In this document: in pieces, positions 7,873-18,279 of the stretch | How the letters are laid out: each line of letters opens with the position of its first letter | How positions within the stretch are numbered: the stretch's first letter is position 1 | Assembly (NCBI GenBank): GCA_001563335.1 | Contig: LRSL01000081.1 | Span: 1-64,000, forward strand | Reading direction: 5' to 3' | DNA length: 64,000 bases | Source of the DNA: Candidatus Thorarchaeota archaeon SMTZ1-45 | Lineage (GTDB): Archaea; Asgardarchaeota; Thorarchaeia; Thorarchaeales; Thorarchaeaceae | Notes under the pieces: model-generated | Seen by the model: the letters and a program-made list of their open reading frames with translations, nothing else | The model's database searches: none | What the model was told of the DNA's origin: nothing | Program-made: the position numbers and the translations under genes

Positions 7873-10779
7873 GTGAGCCTAGTGGACGTGTCAAAGACTC
7901 CTAAAAGTGTTAGGACAAAGGGTAACAGAGCGTACGGCCTCTCTTATGCTCTTAGTGCACTCAAGGCACATCCTTTCAGAGCTATAAGCCTAGCTATTAC
8001 ACTCAGTCTTGGCATCAGTCTTTTCGCATCAACAATGGTTTGGGGTGATACTGGAATCTACGTGAGCATCTTCGAGTATCTTGAAGACAACTCATTCCAA
8101 ATTGCAGTTGACTACGAACCAGGACATCCTGATGCTCTTAATATGGCTGAAACCTATATGAAACAGAGTCAATTTGTGCAGGATACCTACCGTGTAAACT
8201 CCACAGTGGGACTAGTGTGGAGTAATAACTTGTCTGACAGTTATGAGTATGACATAGAGGACACAATATATAGCCAAGGATTAAAGGACTGTAGAGTTCT
8301 TTTTGTGGACAATGAGTTTCTAAACAAGACCTCTAATGAGTTCATTATTGAGGGATTTTTCCACCTTAATGAAGGTGAAATCATTGTATCTAGAATGTTC
8401 ATTGAATATGTACGTCAGGTCTTTGAAATCACACTTCAAATTAATGATACAGTAGATATCGATCTTCTACTTGGAGATGCTACTTCTTTGCCTTCATCTC
8501 TAAGTACACTTGGTCGTATGAGTAAGACCGATCTCAAGATCGTTGGTATCTTCAATCTTCGATTTTATGGATCAATCTTCGAACGCGCCTTTCCTTCATT
8601 CGAGGATGGGCGAGCGAATTGGAATAACACTAATTTGAGATATGAAGTGATGGGGCTCCGAGACAGCGTCTTTATGCACATTGATTCGATACCTTCTGGC
8701 TCGCTCTCTGAGAACGGATTCTTCAGTGAGACACTGCTTGTCAGAGCTTCAGCTGATGCATTAGCTGCAAGCGGCCCACAGAACGTTGCAACGAATCTGT
8801 TTGAGTTAACTGTCCGAACTGAGGAGCTATTCGATATAACATGGATTGGTTATGAGAAGGTATGGGAACTCCAGGGTGTTGTCAATACCTATGTTGCTAC
8901 ACTAGACCTTTCGGTACTTGCTCTCCCTGTTATTCTACTAGCCTTGTTCTTCTCAATATTTGCGGCAGACACATTCATGGCCCCACGTAATGTCGAAGTA
9001 GGAATCATTCGTTCCAAGGGCGCTAGCTACTCTCAAGTATCAGGAGTTTTCTTATGGGAATCTGCGATAGTAGCTGCTCTCTCAGTAGCGCTTGGACTTC
9101 TATTTAGCGTGCTCTTTGCACCATTAATCCCTTCAACAATCACCTTCATGACTTTTGACTGGGAGATTTATCTATTCTATTTGTCCAACACAGTAATCAG
9201 CTTGAACACAGTGGCTCGTGCAATCGGCCTTACGGTCCTTCCTAGCCTCTTATTCCTCCTATATCTTGCTCGAAAATCAGCTTCGACCGAAATCAGTCTC
9301 ACTCTAGCTGAGGCAACAGAAGAATCAACAGAACAGTCTGAAGCACATGGATTCACAATTGGAGCTTCCATTTTCCTTCTAATACTGGTTGTTGTAATGA
9401 TTTTCATTCTTCCTAGGCACCCTGTCCTATTCCTGCTTGAACTTGGATTGGGCACTGCTGCTTGGTTCTTCATAGCATTCAATGGTTCTCGCATCTCTAG
9501 AGTAGGTCTTGCCAAAATCTCAGAGAAGTTGTCATTTGCACTCGGTCAGAAGAATCTGATTTCAGCTGGTTATCTGAAGATGCGAAAAGGTCGAATCATA
9601 CCTCTTATGGTTGTTCTAGCACTAACCATGTCTTCAACCATAACATTTGCTGTTCAATCTGAAAGCCTGAGAGTCGATCTTGGTCGTGAAGTTACCTATG
9701 CTTTAGGTTCTGATCTTCGTATCGATTGTACTATTCGCGAGTTGAATTTCAGTCAAGATCTAGAATCATATGATGGTCTCATTGATGTAATGCCTGTACT
9801 AAGGACTTGGGCTCGAATAGGTCCTGATCTTATAAATATCGAAGCTCTTAATCCAAATGAGTACCTCTCGATAGGGAAATTCGACCAATCAAGTTTCTTT
9901 GGTGAATCGTCGGAGAGTGTCTTATCTGCCCTAGCAGCTGTACCCAATGGTATCATCATAAGTGCTTCTCATGCTGAAAGATGGAACAAAACTATTGGTT
10001 CTACCTTGAATCTTGAGATGAGTGCTGTTGGTACGACTCAGATAGTAGAATTCAATGTCACTGGATTGGTTTATAGTGCACCTGGATTTGGATATGCTTC
10101 AGGTGATTATGTTCCCCCCTCACCTTTAGGAGCTGGTTTTGGATTCAGTTCTGGGTACAATGGGTTTGCATTAACCAACCTTGAGTTTATTGAGGATGTA
10201 ATTGATAAACATGAAGCCACACTCTTCATGGCCAGTCTCGATGAAACTGCCAATCATACATTGCTTCTTAATGAACTCAGAATGCTATCGGGAGTCACTC
10301 CAAACACCCCTGAGGAATTTGATCTGAAATCGCACTCACTCCAAACAGCACTGTTCTTGAACACAATCGAGGGTCTGTTCTCAATTGGTTTTGTTATGTC
10401 CCTTACTCTTAGTCTGTTTGCCCTCTCAATCTCCCTGGGATCTGTTGTGAGAGAACGTCGCAAAGAATATGCTATCATGCGTGCGATAGGCGGGTCACAA
10501 CGGCAGGTAGTGAGTATGGTCTTCTCGGAATTTACTGGTGTGGTGATAGCATCATTAGCACTAAGTCTCATCCTCGGTGCTGTCTTTGCCTTTATCATGG
10601 GTTTGCTGTTGAATGCAATGAGTCCCTTCTCCAGAATATTGACAGCCACTATTGCATTCCCATTTGATTTTCTTACAATAGTCCTTTTGATTGAGATTTT
10701 AGCTATGATTATTGGAGCATATCTTCCTGCAAGGGAAGCATCGAAAACCAATCCCGCAGTTGTACTTCGAAATATGTGA
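7873..10779 (+). CDS. FtsX/MacB-like ABC permease (large, duplicated)
   Basis: Multiple TM segments, RSKGAS and RAIGGS FtsX motifs, C-terminal PAREASKTNP, two large extracellular domains. Confidence 0.88.
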   Translation: MSLVDVSKTPKSVRTKGNRAYGLSYALSALKAHPFRAISLAITLSLGISLFASTMVWGDTGIYVSIFEYLEDNSFQIAVDYEPGHPDALNMAETYMKQSQFVQDTYRVNSTVGLVWSNNLSDSYEYDIEDTIYSQGLKDCRVLFVDNEFLNKTSNEFIIEGFFHLNEGEIIVSRMFIEYVRQVFEITLQINDTVDIDLLLGDATSLPSSLSTLGRMSKTDLKIVGIFNLRFYGSIFERAFPSFEDGRANWNNTNLRYEVMGLRDSVFMHIDSIPSGSLSENGFFSETLLVRASADALAASGPQNVATNLFELTVRTEELFDITWIGYEKVWELQGVVNTYVATLDLSVLALPVILLALFFSIFAADTFMAPRNVEVGIIRSKGASYSQVSGVFLWESAIVAALSVALGLLFSVLFAPLIPSTITFMTFDWEIYLFYLSNTVISLNTVARAIGLTVLPSLLFLLYLARKSASTEISLTLAEATEESTEQSEAHGFTIGASIFLLILVVVMIFILPRHPVLFLLELGLGTAAWFFIAFNGSRISRVGLAKISEKLSFALGQKNLISAGYLKMRKGRIIPLMVVLALTMSSTITFAVQSESLRVDLGREVTYALGSDLRIDCTIRELNFSQDLESYDGLIDVMPVLRTWARIGPDLINIEALNPNEYLSIGKFDQSSFFGESSESVLSALAAVPNGIIISASHAERWNKTIGSTLNLEMSAVGTTQIVEFNVTGLVYSAPGFGYASGDYVPPSPLGAGFGFSSGYNGFALTNLEFIEDVIDKHEATLFMASLDETANHTLLLNELRMLSGVTPNTPEEFDLKSHSLQTALFLNTIEGLFSIGFVMSLTLSLFALSISLGSVVRERRKEYAIMRAIGGSQRQVVSMVFSEFTGVVIASLALSLILGAVFAFIMGLLLNAMSPFSRILTATIAFPFDFLTIVLLIEILAMIIGAYLPAREASKTNPAVVLRNM

Positions 10780-10788
10780 GGTGATAAT

Positions 10789-13710
10789 GTGACCAAGAAA
10801 AAAGAAAAGAAAATCCTCAAGGGCAATCCGCTCTGGTCAATTGGTTACGCGATTACCTCAATCAAGACCTACAAGGCTCGTAATATGGGCATCGCACTTG
10901 TCCTAGCAATCAGTGTGGCAATCCCTACAACTGTGTTTGCTTGGACAAACACTGGTTCACGTCTAGCTGTTGAATCTTATTTTGATGAGAATGCATACCA
11001 GTTTAGTGTTCAGAATGCTCCAGGAGAGTATGACTACTCACATCTATTCGATGCTCAACAGCTTATAATGTCCAGTCCATATGCTGAATATGCGCATATA
11101 ACGCCTAGCACCGTGGGAATACTGAGAATGGATGGTGTCACACCTGAGTGGGACGCTTACGGTGTAAATTGGCCCAACTATGAATATGGTGTCAAGGACT
11201 GTCGTGTCATTGTGGTCAATAATGAGATACTTGATGTCTGGTCCAATGAATTGGCCATCAGAGGAAATTCAACACTACAACTTGGTGAAATAATGGTATC
11301 TCAACGATTCATTGATCTAGCCGAAGAAATGATGAGTAGAACTCTTAATGTTAGTGTTGATTTCGACATCGGATCTGAGATAAGCATCGATATTCTTCGC
11401 ACATTTTATTATCCTGCAGAAGGAATGCCATTTGATCCACTCCTTCTCAATCGCTTAATTGTTCGAAATCTCACAATTGCAGGAGTCTACGAATTCACAC
11501 GTCCCTCTGTAATTGTTGGGTCCTTTGCGTCTATAAATAGAGGAAACTACATTGTAAGCAGTGCAACCAGTGTTTTGGGAATTACTGATTCGATATTAAT
11601 CTTAGAAGACGAGATTGGGGCGGAATCTGTTCAAACCATCACAAACCAGGGCTTCTTCTCACCAGTTGAATTTGTTCGTGGTTCAGTTACTGGTCTTGTC
11701 CAAAGTGGTGTGACTTTAGCTGCTCAAAACCTACATAATCTGAAGGTACAGATACAAGAAAGTGATGCTCTTCTCTCTGTCTATGGCTTGGAGAATATTG
11801 AGAGTCTCCAGATTCATATTTCCACATATTTGGCTAGTCAGGTACTAATCATTCTAGCAATACCCATAATCATAATGAGCCTATTGTTGACCATCTTTAC
11901 ATCAGAAACTTCTGTAGCTCAAAGAAAAGGTGAAATTAGCGCACTCAGAGCAAAAGGTGCCTCCTTCAACCAGATATTTTCTGCAATTATTTGGGAGTCT
12001 TTAATCCTATCACTTCTGGGTTTCTTAGTTGGAATTGGCTCATCCATTATAGCAGCTCCATTAATGGGATCTTCAACTGGCTTATTATCATTCAATCCGA
12101 TCTTATACAACATTTTCCTGACAAAATTGATCATTCCTCCCCAAGCTCTTGCTCTGGCTGCTACAATTGCATTGTTTCTCCCTGCAGCATACTTACTTCA
12201 TGTTGCTAGAAGAATTGATGTGGCCGAGATTGGACAACCAACCACGCGGTTGGCATATGAGATTCCAGAGGAGGTTAATATCTGGTACTATGTTCTAGGG
12301 CTTGGTGGTGCACTATCTGTTCTTCTCGTAGTCCCTGTTCTCTTCAATCCAGTTGGGCAGACTGCATTTATTGAGATTCTCATTGCTACCGCGTTACTCT
12401 TCATTGCATCATATCTCGGATCCAGAGCTATGAGACTGGTCACAGCTAGAGTTTCTGAAAGAATGCATTGGTTGTTGGGAGAGAAGAAATTGTATCTCAC
12501 ACAGAGCCTACGAAGAAGGAAAGGTCAGTTCATTCCTCTATTGGTAATATTGACATTGACATTAACAAGCACAACAATGATGCTTATCCAAACAGCTAGT
12601 TTCGAGGATACACTTCAGAATGAAGCAGTCTATGCTTTGGGATGTGATGTTCGTATAGAACTTCCTGATCAGGTCTTGAATTGGACCGACACGATTGAGG
12701 GATATAGCGGAGTTGTTTCATCAACTCCTGTTCTAGAATCGCTGTCATATGTGGGAACTGATGCATTCTATCTTGAGGGATTAGATATAGACGCATATAG
12801 CGAGATGGGATCATTCACACCATCTAGTTTCGTAGGTAGTTCTCCAGAAGCTGTTTTGGGTGCACTAAGCACTACAACGAATGGCATCATTATTAGTACG
12901 TACCACCAGGACCTCTGGAATGTTTCTGTTGGTGATCTATTGACAGTCAGCGTCAATTCAGTAAGTGGTAGGAATGAGTCAGAGTTTGTAATAATTGGAG
13001 CAATGAAGAGTGCTCCTGGTTTTGGAATGGCTTCAACCCGGGATCTTCAAGGTGTCCCATTTGGAGCATATTTTGAGTTCCAACCTGGCCGTGGAGGATT
13101 TGCGCTAGTTAACATCGATTACCTCAAGTCGGTTACTGGATATACCACATCAGAAGTTTTCTTTGTTGAAACAACCTCGTTATCTGATGCAGCTGAACTA
13201 ATCGAGTATGCTACAACGATTCCTTACTCAACAGTCTACACAATAGACACCTTGGAGCTTGGTTCAAACACAGTCACAGGACTTTTCTTAGCTGGTATTG
13301 AGGGGCTTACTATGATTAACTTCATCATGTGTGCAAGTATGGCAATCGCATCAATTGCACTTTTCTTAGGCTCCGCAGTAATCGAAAGAGAACCTGAATA
13401 TGCATTGTTCCGTGCAATCGGAGGTACCAAGAAACAGGTGGTCTCATTGGTGTTTGGTGAGTTCGCAGGAAGTGTGCTTGCTGCTGTACTCACAAGCCTT
13501 GGTCTTGGAATATTGTTTGGCTACACGATGACTTTGCTAACCTTTGGAATATCATCTGTATGGCCAATATTACCAAAGATCCTAACATATCCACTCTTTG
13601 TCATGTTTGCTACAGTGGCATTGGAGTGCGTTGTGATGATCGTGACATGTTACTTTCCAGCTAGAAGGGCTGGCAACACAAATCCAGCTGATGTATTGAG
13701 AAATATGTGA
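10789..13710 (+). CDS. FtsX/MacB-like ABC permease (paralogue of the preceding gene)
   Basis: LRAKGAS, RAIGGT, PARRAGNTNP; shares KDCRV, SAPGFG and VLRNM with the upstream permease. Confidence 0.88.
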   Translation: MTKKKEKKILKGNPLWSIGYAITSIKTYKARNMGIALVLAISVAIPTTVFAWTNTGSRLAVESYFDENAYQFSVQNAPGEYDYSHLFDAQQLIMSSPYAEYAHITPSTVGILRMDGVTPEWDAYGVNWPNYEYGVKDCRVIVVNNEILDVWSNELAIRGNSTLQLGEIMVSQRFIDLAEEMMSRTLNVSVDFDIGSEISIDILRTFYYPAEGMPFDPLLLNRLIVRNLTIAGVYEFTRPSVIVGSFASINRGNYIVSSATSVLGITDSILILEDEIGAESVQTITNQGFFSPVEFVRGSVTGLVQSGVTLAAQNLHNLKVQIQESDALLSVYGLENIESLQIHISTYLASQVLIILAIPIIIMSLLLTIFTSETSVAQRKGEISALRAKGASFNQIFSAIIWESLILSLLGFLVGIGSSIIAAPLMGSSTGLLSFNPILYNIFLTKLIIPPQALALAATIALFLPAAYLLHVARRIDVAEIGQPTTRLAYEIPEEVNIWYYVLGLGGALSVLLVVPVLFNPVGQTAFIEILIATALLFIASYLGSRAMRLVTARVSERMHWLLGEKKLYLTQSLRRRKGQFIPLLVILTLTLTSTTMMLIQTASFEDTLQNEAVYALGCDVRIELPDQVLNWTDTIEGYSGVVSSTPVLESLSYVGTDAFYLEGLDIDAYSEMGSFTPSSFVGSSPEAVLGALSTTTNGIIISTYHQDLWNVSVGDLLTVSVNSVSGRNESEFVIIGAMKSAPGFGMASTRDLQGVPFGAYFEFQPGRGGFALVNIDYLKSVTGYTTSEVFFVETTSLSDAAELIEYATTIPYSTVYTIDTLELGSNTVTGLFLAGIEGLTMINFIMCASMAIASIALFLGSAVIEREPEYALFRAIGGTKKQVVSLVFGEFAGSVLAAVLTSLGLGILFGYTMTLLTFGISSVWPILPKILTYPLFVMFATVALECVVMIVTCYFPARRAGNTNPADVLRNM

Positions 13711-13720
13711 GGTAGAAAAA

Positions 13721-14752
13721 ATGCAAACAACGATTGAAACCGAGGAAAAACTTGACATTTACAGTGACCTACCAGATGATGTAGTTGTCAGTGTCAATGA
13801 CTGCTATAAGATATACAAGGCACAAGAATTGGAGGTCGTGGCACTCAGTGGTGTTTCTCTTCAAATTCTTGAGGGTAAAATAATGGCTGTTGTGGGTCCC
13901 AGTGGATCTGGCAAGACCACCCTCATCAACGTTATAGGCGGCATCACAAAGGCTACAGTTGGCAAAGTCTATTGGGCGAATCTAAAGACTGACATTACAA
14001 AACTGAGTGAAAAGGTGCTTACTGAAGCGAGGCGTAATTTTATTGGATTCCATTTTCAATTGAACAACCTACTACCTCATCTCAACGCTTGGCAAAACAT
14101 AGAGCTTGCTGCTAGGATTGCTGGAGTACCTCGACAAGTTCGAAAGGATCGAGTTGATAGACTCATCAAACTTGTTGGTCTTGAAGAACGTAGGCGTAAC
14201 AAAGCCACAACCCTAAGTGGAGGTGAGAAATCACGAGTAGCAATTGCCAGTGCTCTTGTGAACCTCATTGACACTGAAGGAAAGGGACTAGTCTTATGCG
14301 ATGAGCCTACTGGCGACCTGGATCCCGAGACCGGTGAACGAATACTTGACCTGTTTCAGGAGTTGAACGAGACCATTGGTACATCATTCTTTATCGTCAC
14401 ACATAGCCAACAAGTAGCGTCCAAGGCAGATGTGACTGTTGAGCTCCGTGATGGAGTTATCTCTGGGTTCCACCAAACAGGCATCGATCTTGACATGTTA
14501 GACACAACAAGAATCGTGCGTTTAGATGACAAGCACAGGTTGCCTATGCCCACTGATTTGCTGGACCTTGCAGGTAGTCCAAAGGAATTCAAGCTTAGCT
14601 ACACTGACAATAGGTTCGTTCTTGAACCTCAGACTGGTGAAGTAGTAGATCAGATGAGAGAGAAGAGAGCAAGGATCTGTAGAGTCTGTGGCTCGGAGAT
14701 TCCTGGCGGCAAGTTCATCTGCCCGAACTGTGGAAGTCAAGTCACAGTATAG
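13721..14752 (+). CDS. ABC ATPase (LolD type) with C-terminal AbrB/MraZ-like domain and Zn ribbon
   Basis: GPSGSGKT, LSGGE, LCDEPTGDLD; tail RLDDKHRLPMP and CRVC..CPNC. Confidence 0.88.
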   Translation: MQTTIETEEKLDIYSDLPDDVVVSVNDCYKIYKAQELEVVALSGVSLQILEGKIMAVVGPSGSGKTTLINVIGGITKATVGKVYWANLKTDITKLSEKVLTEARRNFIGFHFQLNNLLPHLNAWQNIELAARIAGVPRQVRKDRVDRLIKLVGLEERRRNKATTLSGGEKSRVAIASALVNLIDTEGKGLVLCDEPTGDLDPETGERILDLFQELNETIGTSFFIVTHSQQVASKADVTVELRDGVISGFHQTGIDLDMLDTTRIVRLDDKHRLPMPTDLLDLAGSPKEFKLSYTDNRFVLEPQTGEVVDQMREKRARICRVCGSEIPGGKFICPNCGSQVTV

Positions 14753-14760
14753 ACTAGAAT

Positions 14761-15285
14761 CTAGTGACGGCTCGCTTCTGGCGAGTCCCGTTTCTTGAAC
14801 AAAGAAACTAGCTGTTCAATACATATCCAATTGTCCATATATTTACGAATCATTCGGCGCTCTCGCTTCAGGCTCTTGACACCACTTATCTCAAGCTCCT
14901 TCTGGATGAACCTGTGGATCTCCTTCCCTTTTTTATCAAAATCAGTAAGAATAAGGACCTGTCCATCTTTTCCTACCATAGCCTCTATCTTCTCAATCAA
15001 TCTGTGTCTAGGCAGTCTTGTCTGAGTCTTGATTATTGGTGCTTGGAGACCCAGATTTCTGAGAACAGTGGCATCGTGCTTTCCTTCCACGATGACGATT
15101 AAATTCGGATACTTTGAATCAAGAGTCTGGATGGTTTCAATTAGCATCCTCTCATTTTCAGTAAGTCTTCTAGTTTGTCTATATTCGATAGCTGCGATTC
15201 TTGCAATGTCCGCTTTTCCACGTAATGTATCATCATTCTCTTCGTTCAAAAAGTGCACCAGACTTAGTTTATGGTGATATTGCAA
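14761..15285 (-). CDS. Small TOPRIM domain protein
   Basis: IVEGKHD and ILTDFDKKG TOPRIM motifs; true start probably downstream (about 15147). Confidence 0.85.
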   Translation of the reverse strand: MQYHHKLSLVHFLNEENDDTLRGKADIARIAAIEYRQTRRLTENERMLIETIQTLDSKYPNLIVIVEGKHDATVLRNLGLQAPIIKTQTRLPRHRLIEKIEAMVGKDGQVLILTDFDKKGKEIHRFIQKELEISGVKSLKRERRMIRKYMDNWICIEQLVSLFKKRDSPEASRH

Positions 15286-16312
15286 CCTTCATGGTTTTTC
15301 CTTCACTCATCAGTTCCAATGCTTCATTGATCTTTTCTAGTGGCATCTCATGTGATATCAGAAGGTCAGGATTGATATCTCCTGCAATGATGAGTTTTAG
15401 TGCTTGTTCAACATGTCTTGGCTTCAAGTGAAATACTCCTTTTACCGTCAATTGACCATAATGAAATCTCTCGGTGTCTAGCTCAAACTTTGTGCCAGCG
15501 GCTGCACCACCAAAGAGAACTGTAGTTCCTGCATCTCGTGTCATATCTACTGCTTGCTCCCATGTCTTTGGTATTCCTACTGCTTCAATTACGACATCAG
15601 CACCGAAACCAGCGGTTTCTTCTCTAACACGTTCCACTGGATTCTCCTTCGACGGGTCAATAACGATGTCTGCACCAGCCTTCTTTGCTATATCTCTCCT
15701 TAGTTCTGCAAGGTCTGTGGCTATTACTTTTGAAGCACCATTCTTCTGCGCCAACATAATCAACATTTGTCCGATGGGTCCTGCTCCAATTACTACCACT
15801 GTGTCTCCAAGTCGTATATTTGACTCCTCAACACCATGGACAACACATGCCAATGGTTCTGTGAGCGCTGCATTTCTGAAAGGAATCGATTCTGGAATCT
15901 GATGTGTGTTCCACTTAACAACTGGAGCAGGCACACGAATATACTCTGCAAAAGCGCCGTTCACCAGACTGTCTTTTAGTTTTGCACATAGGTTAGGCAT
16001 GTGCCTTTTGCAAAAGAAGCAATCGCCGCAGGGAGCTGAATTTGTTGCAACTACTCTCATTCCTTCTTCAAAATCCTTCACTCCCACTCCTACTTCCTCT
16101 ATGGTTCCAGCATATTCGTGACCGAAGAGTGCCGGAGTCTGCTTAATCAGGATTGGATGCCCTCTTTTGTAAGTCTTGACATCAGTCCCGCATGTTAAGG
16201 CGGTGCCAACCTTTACTAGGAGTTCTCCTGGACCAATCTCAGGAATATCGGTTTCCTCGTATCGAACATCACCGATACCATAGTACATTGCAGCTTTCAT
16301 CTTTCGAGGCAT
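15269..16312 (-). CDS. Zn-dependent alcohol dehydrogenase (threonine/sorbitol dehydrogenase-like)
   Basis: CGTD, GHE, CGDCFFC...C structural Zn site, GAGPIG. Confidence 0.92.
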   Translation of the reverse strand: MPRKMKAAMYYGIGDVRYEETDIPEIGPGELLVKVGTALTCGTDVKTYKRGHPILIKQTPALFGHEYAGTIEEVGVGVKDFEEGMRVVATNSAPCGDCFFCKRHMPNLCAKLKDSLVNGAFAEYIRVPAPVVKWNTHQIPESIPFRNAALTEPLACVVHGVEESNIRLGDTVVVIGAGPIGQMLIMLAQKNGASKVIATDLAELRRDIAKKAGADIVIDPSKENPVERVREETAGFGADVVIEAVGIPKTWEQAVDMTRDAGTTVLFGGAAAGTKFELDTERFHYGQLTVKGVFHLKPRHVEQALKLIIAGDINPDLLISHEMPLEKINEALELMSEGKTMKVAISP

Positions 16313-16450
16313 GAGCAAATTCCCTGAGCACTCACTCTCTGCCTGTTTAAATCACTTCCTGACTGTCAAACCGTAATGCTTAATCACACTTCACCTCAGC
16401 GAGAGAGTGAGTGGATTCTCGTGCCTATTAAGTCAAAATATCCTGATCTT

Positions 16451-16873
16451 ATGGAGTATCATGCTGAAAGCGTCTGGGATGGAAGGACAGGAGGTACCAT
16501 CACAGCGAGCGATGAATATCAGATTGTTTACGACACTCCAAAGACTTATGCTGGACACAGCGAGGGAATTTGTCCAGATGAGATTTTTGTGGCTTCTATA
16601 CTTGGCTGCTTGAATAATACATTCCTTGATTTTCAACGTCGATTCGAGATGGAGTTGGTTTCCTTCAGACTAAAAGGGAAAGCAACTGCGAAGTTTGATG
16701 GGGAAGGCTACAGAATTATTGGATTTCGTGTTTCGGGGGAAATCATTGTTGGCGAGAATGAGCTCGAAACTGGCCAACGTTGCATGGAACTGATGGAGAA
16801 GTATTGTCACCTCACGAGAACAATTAAAGACTGCATTCCATTCGAATATGATATATCGGTCCGGGAAGAATAA
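16451..16873 (+). CDS. OsmC/Ohr family protein
   Basis: PDEIFVASILGC and EKYC: two conserved Cys; start uncertain (16376-16451). Confidence 0.85.
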   Translation: MEYHAESVWDGRTGGTITASDEYQIVYDTPKTYAGHSEGICPDEIFVASILGCLNNTFLDFQRRFEMELVSFRLKGKATAKFDGEGYRIIGFRVSGEIIVGENELETGQRCMELMEKYCHLTRTIKDCIPFEYDISVREE

Positions 16874-16874
16874 A

Positions 16875-17366
16875 CTAGGACTCCAATTCTTTCATCAACT
16901 GCCTAATTCTATGCATATATGCCTCTATGTTTGTCCACTGCCCTCCCTGAAAGAAAACACTCTTACAATATTCACAAATCCAAAACTCAGTGTAGTGATT
17001 GAATGTCTGACTTCGAACAAGACCTTCGACACGAGATTTCTCACCATTTCTGATATGAGTCAGTTCTCCGTTGCATTTAGTGCATCGTGACTTGGAGGGG
17101 TCTGCTTCAGGACTGATTCCAAATTCTAAGAATACACTTGCCACTTCTTCATCAACAGTTCCTCGAACAAGCATTACCTCGACATCTGCATCCTCTGCAC
17201 GTCGTGAAAGGATTGCATCAGATGTTAGCAAAACTCTGTTCTGCTCGAGTGCAATTCTTAGCAAATCATCATCATGGAGTTTTGAAGAATAAAATGTGTC
17301 ATGCCCAGTGAGTCGAAGCCATGTAGCAAGTTTCCCCAGCATTGCATCCACAATGAATGTCTTCAT
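16875..17366 (-). CDS. Mut7-C RNase domain protein (DUF82)
   Basis: FIVDAMLGKLA.WLR..G.DT, SRCTKCNG, FWICEYC. Confidence 0.92.
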   Translation of the reverse strand: MKTFIVDAMLGKLATWLRLTGHDTFYSSKLHDDDLLRIALEQNRVLLTSDAILSRRAEDADVEVMLVRGTVDEEVASVFLEFGISPEADPSKSRCTKCNGELTHIRNGEKSRVEGLVRSQTFNHYTEFWICEYCKSVFFQGGQWTNIEAYMHRIRQLMKELES

Positions 17367-18268
17367 TAAGTTTCACCAAAGATAATACGAGCGGCATTTT
17401 TCCACATAACTCTCTCAATCTCATCCTCTCGCACTTGTTTGTAACCCTGCTCTAATAACTCAGAAGGAAGTTGGAGTCTGCTAAAGAACTCCACCCATTT
17501 CTTGAGCGTCATTGCATACTCGAAGAGAGGGAAATCGCTCCCAAACATCATCCGGTTTGGGAACACCTTCAAAGTTTTGGCATCTCCAATCATCAGGTAG
17601 ACCTTCAGGGGAACAGTTGATGCAAACACTTGCCATCCTGAAATATCAACTGAAACATTCGGGTTTTTCGATGCAATCATCAAGGTTTCGTCTTGCCATG
17701 GATAGCCTACATGAGCGAGCACTATCTTCAGATCTGGAAAGTCTGCTGCAACTCTATCAACATAAACCGGTCTTGCATATTTCACATGCTTGTGTCTTGG
17801 TGTAAATCCTTGGTGGATAGTGATTGGGATGTCCAAGTCGACACAAAGTTTGTAGTACGGGTCAAACTCCTTTTCATCTGGATAGAACCCATTTGGAGGG
17901 TACATTTTCCACCCTCTACATCCTTTCTCTTTTACTGCACGTTCTAGCTCCTTTAGACCTGCTTCTCCTCGTCTTGGATCAAGTCCTACAAACGAAATTA
18001 TGTTTGCATCATCTCGCACTTCATTAGCATGCCAATCCGTCTTCTCTGTGAGTGAAAGTGGCATCTTCTGATCAAATCCACTATCGACAGGAAGTACAAC
18101 AGCACTCTCCACTCCACTAGTGGTCATTGCTTGGCGTAGAGTGTCAATTGGTGAATCAAGAACTGGTTCAACTCCTAATCTCTCTGCTGCAATACGACGC
18201 GACTCCAAATCTCTCTCACTAATAATATCCCTAGACCATGTGTGAGTATGTGCATCAATGACTTTCAT
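17366..18268 (-). CDS. Amidohydrolase_2 family protein
   Basis: IDAHTH, KMYP, IHQG, LAHVG.PW, FGSDFP. Confidence 0.9.
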   Translation of the reverse strand: MKVIDAHTHTWSRDIISERDLESRRIAAERLGVEPVLDSPIDTLRQAMTTSGVESAVVLPVDSGFDQKMPLSLTEKTDWHANEVRDDANIISFVGLDPRRGEAGLKELERAVKEKGCRGWKMYPPNGFYPDEKEFDPYYKLCVDLDIPITIHQGFTPRHKHVKYARPVYVDRVAADFPDLKIVLAHVGYPWQDETLMIASKNPNVSVDISGWQVFASTVPLKVYLMIGDAKTLKVFPNRMMFGSDFPLFEYAMTLKKWVEFFSRLQLPSELLEQGYKQVREDEIERVMWKNAARIIFGET

Positions 18269-18279
18269 TCTAACACCTC

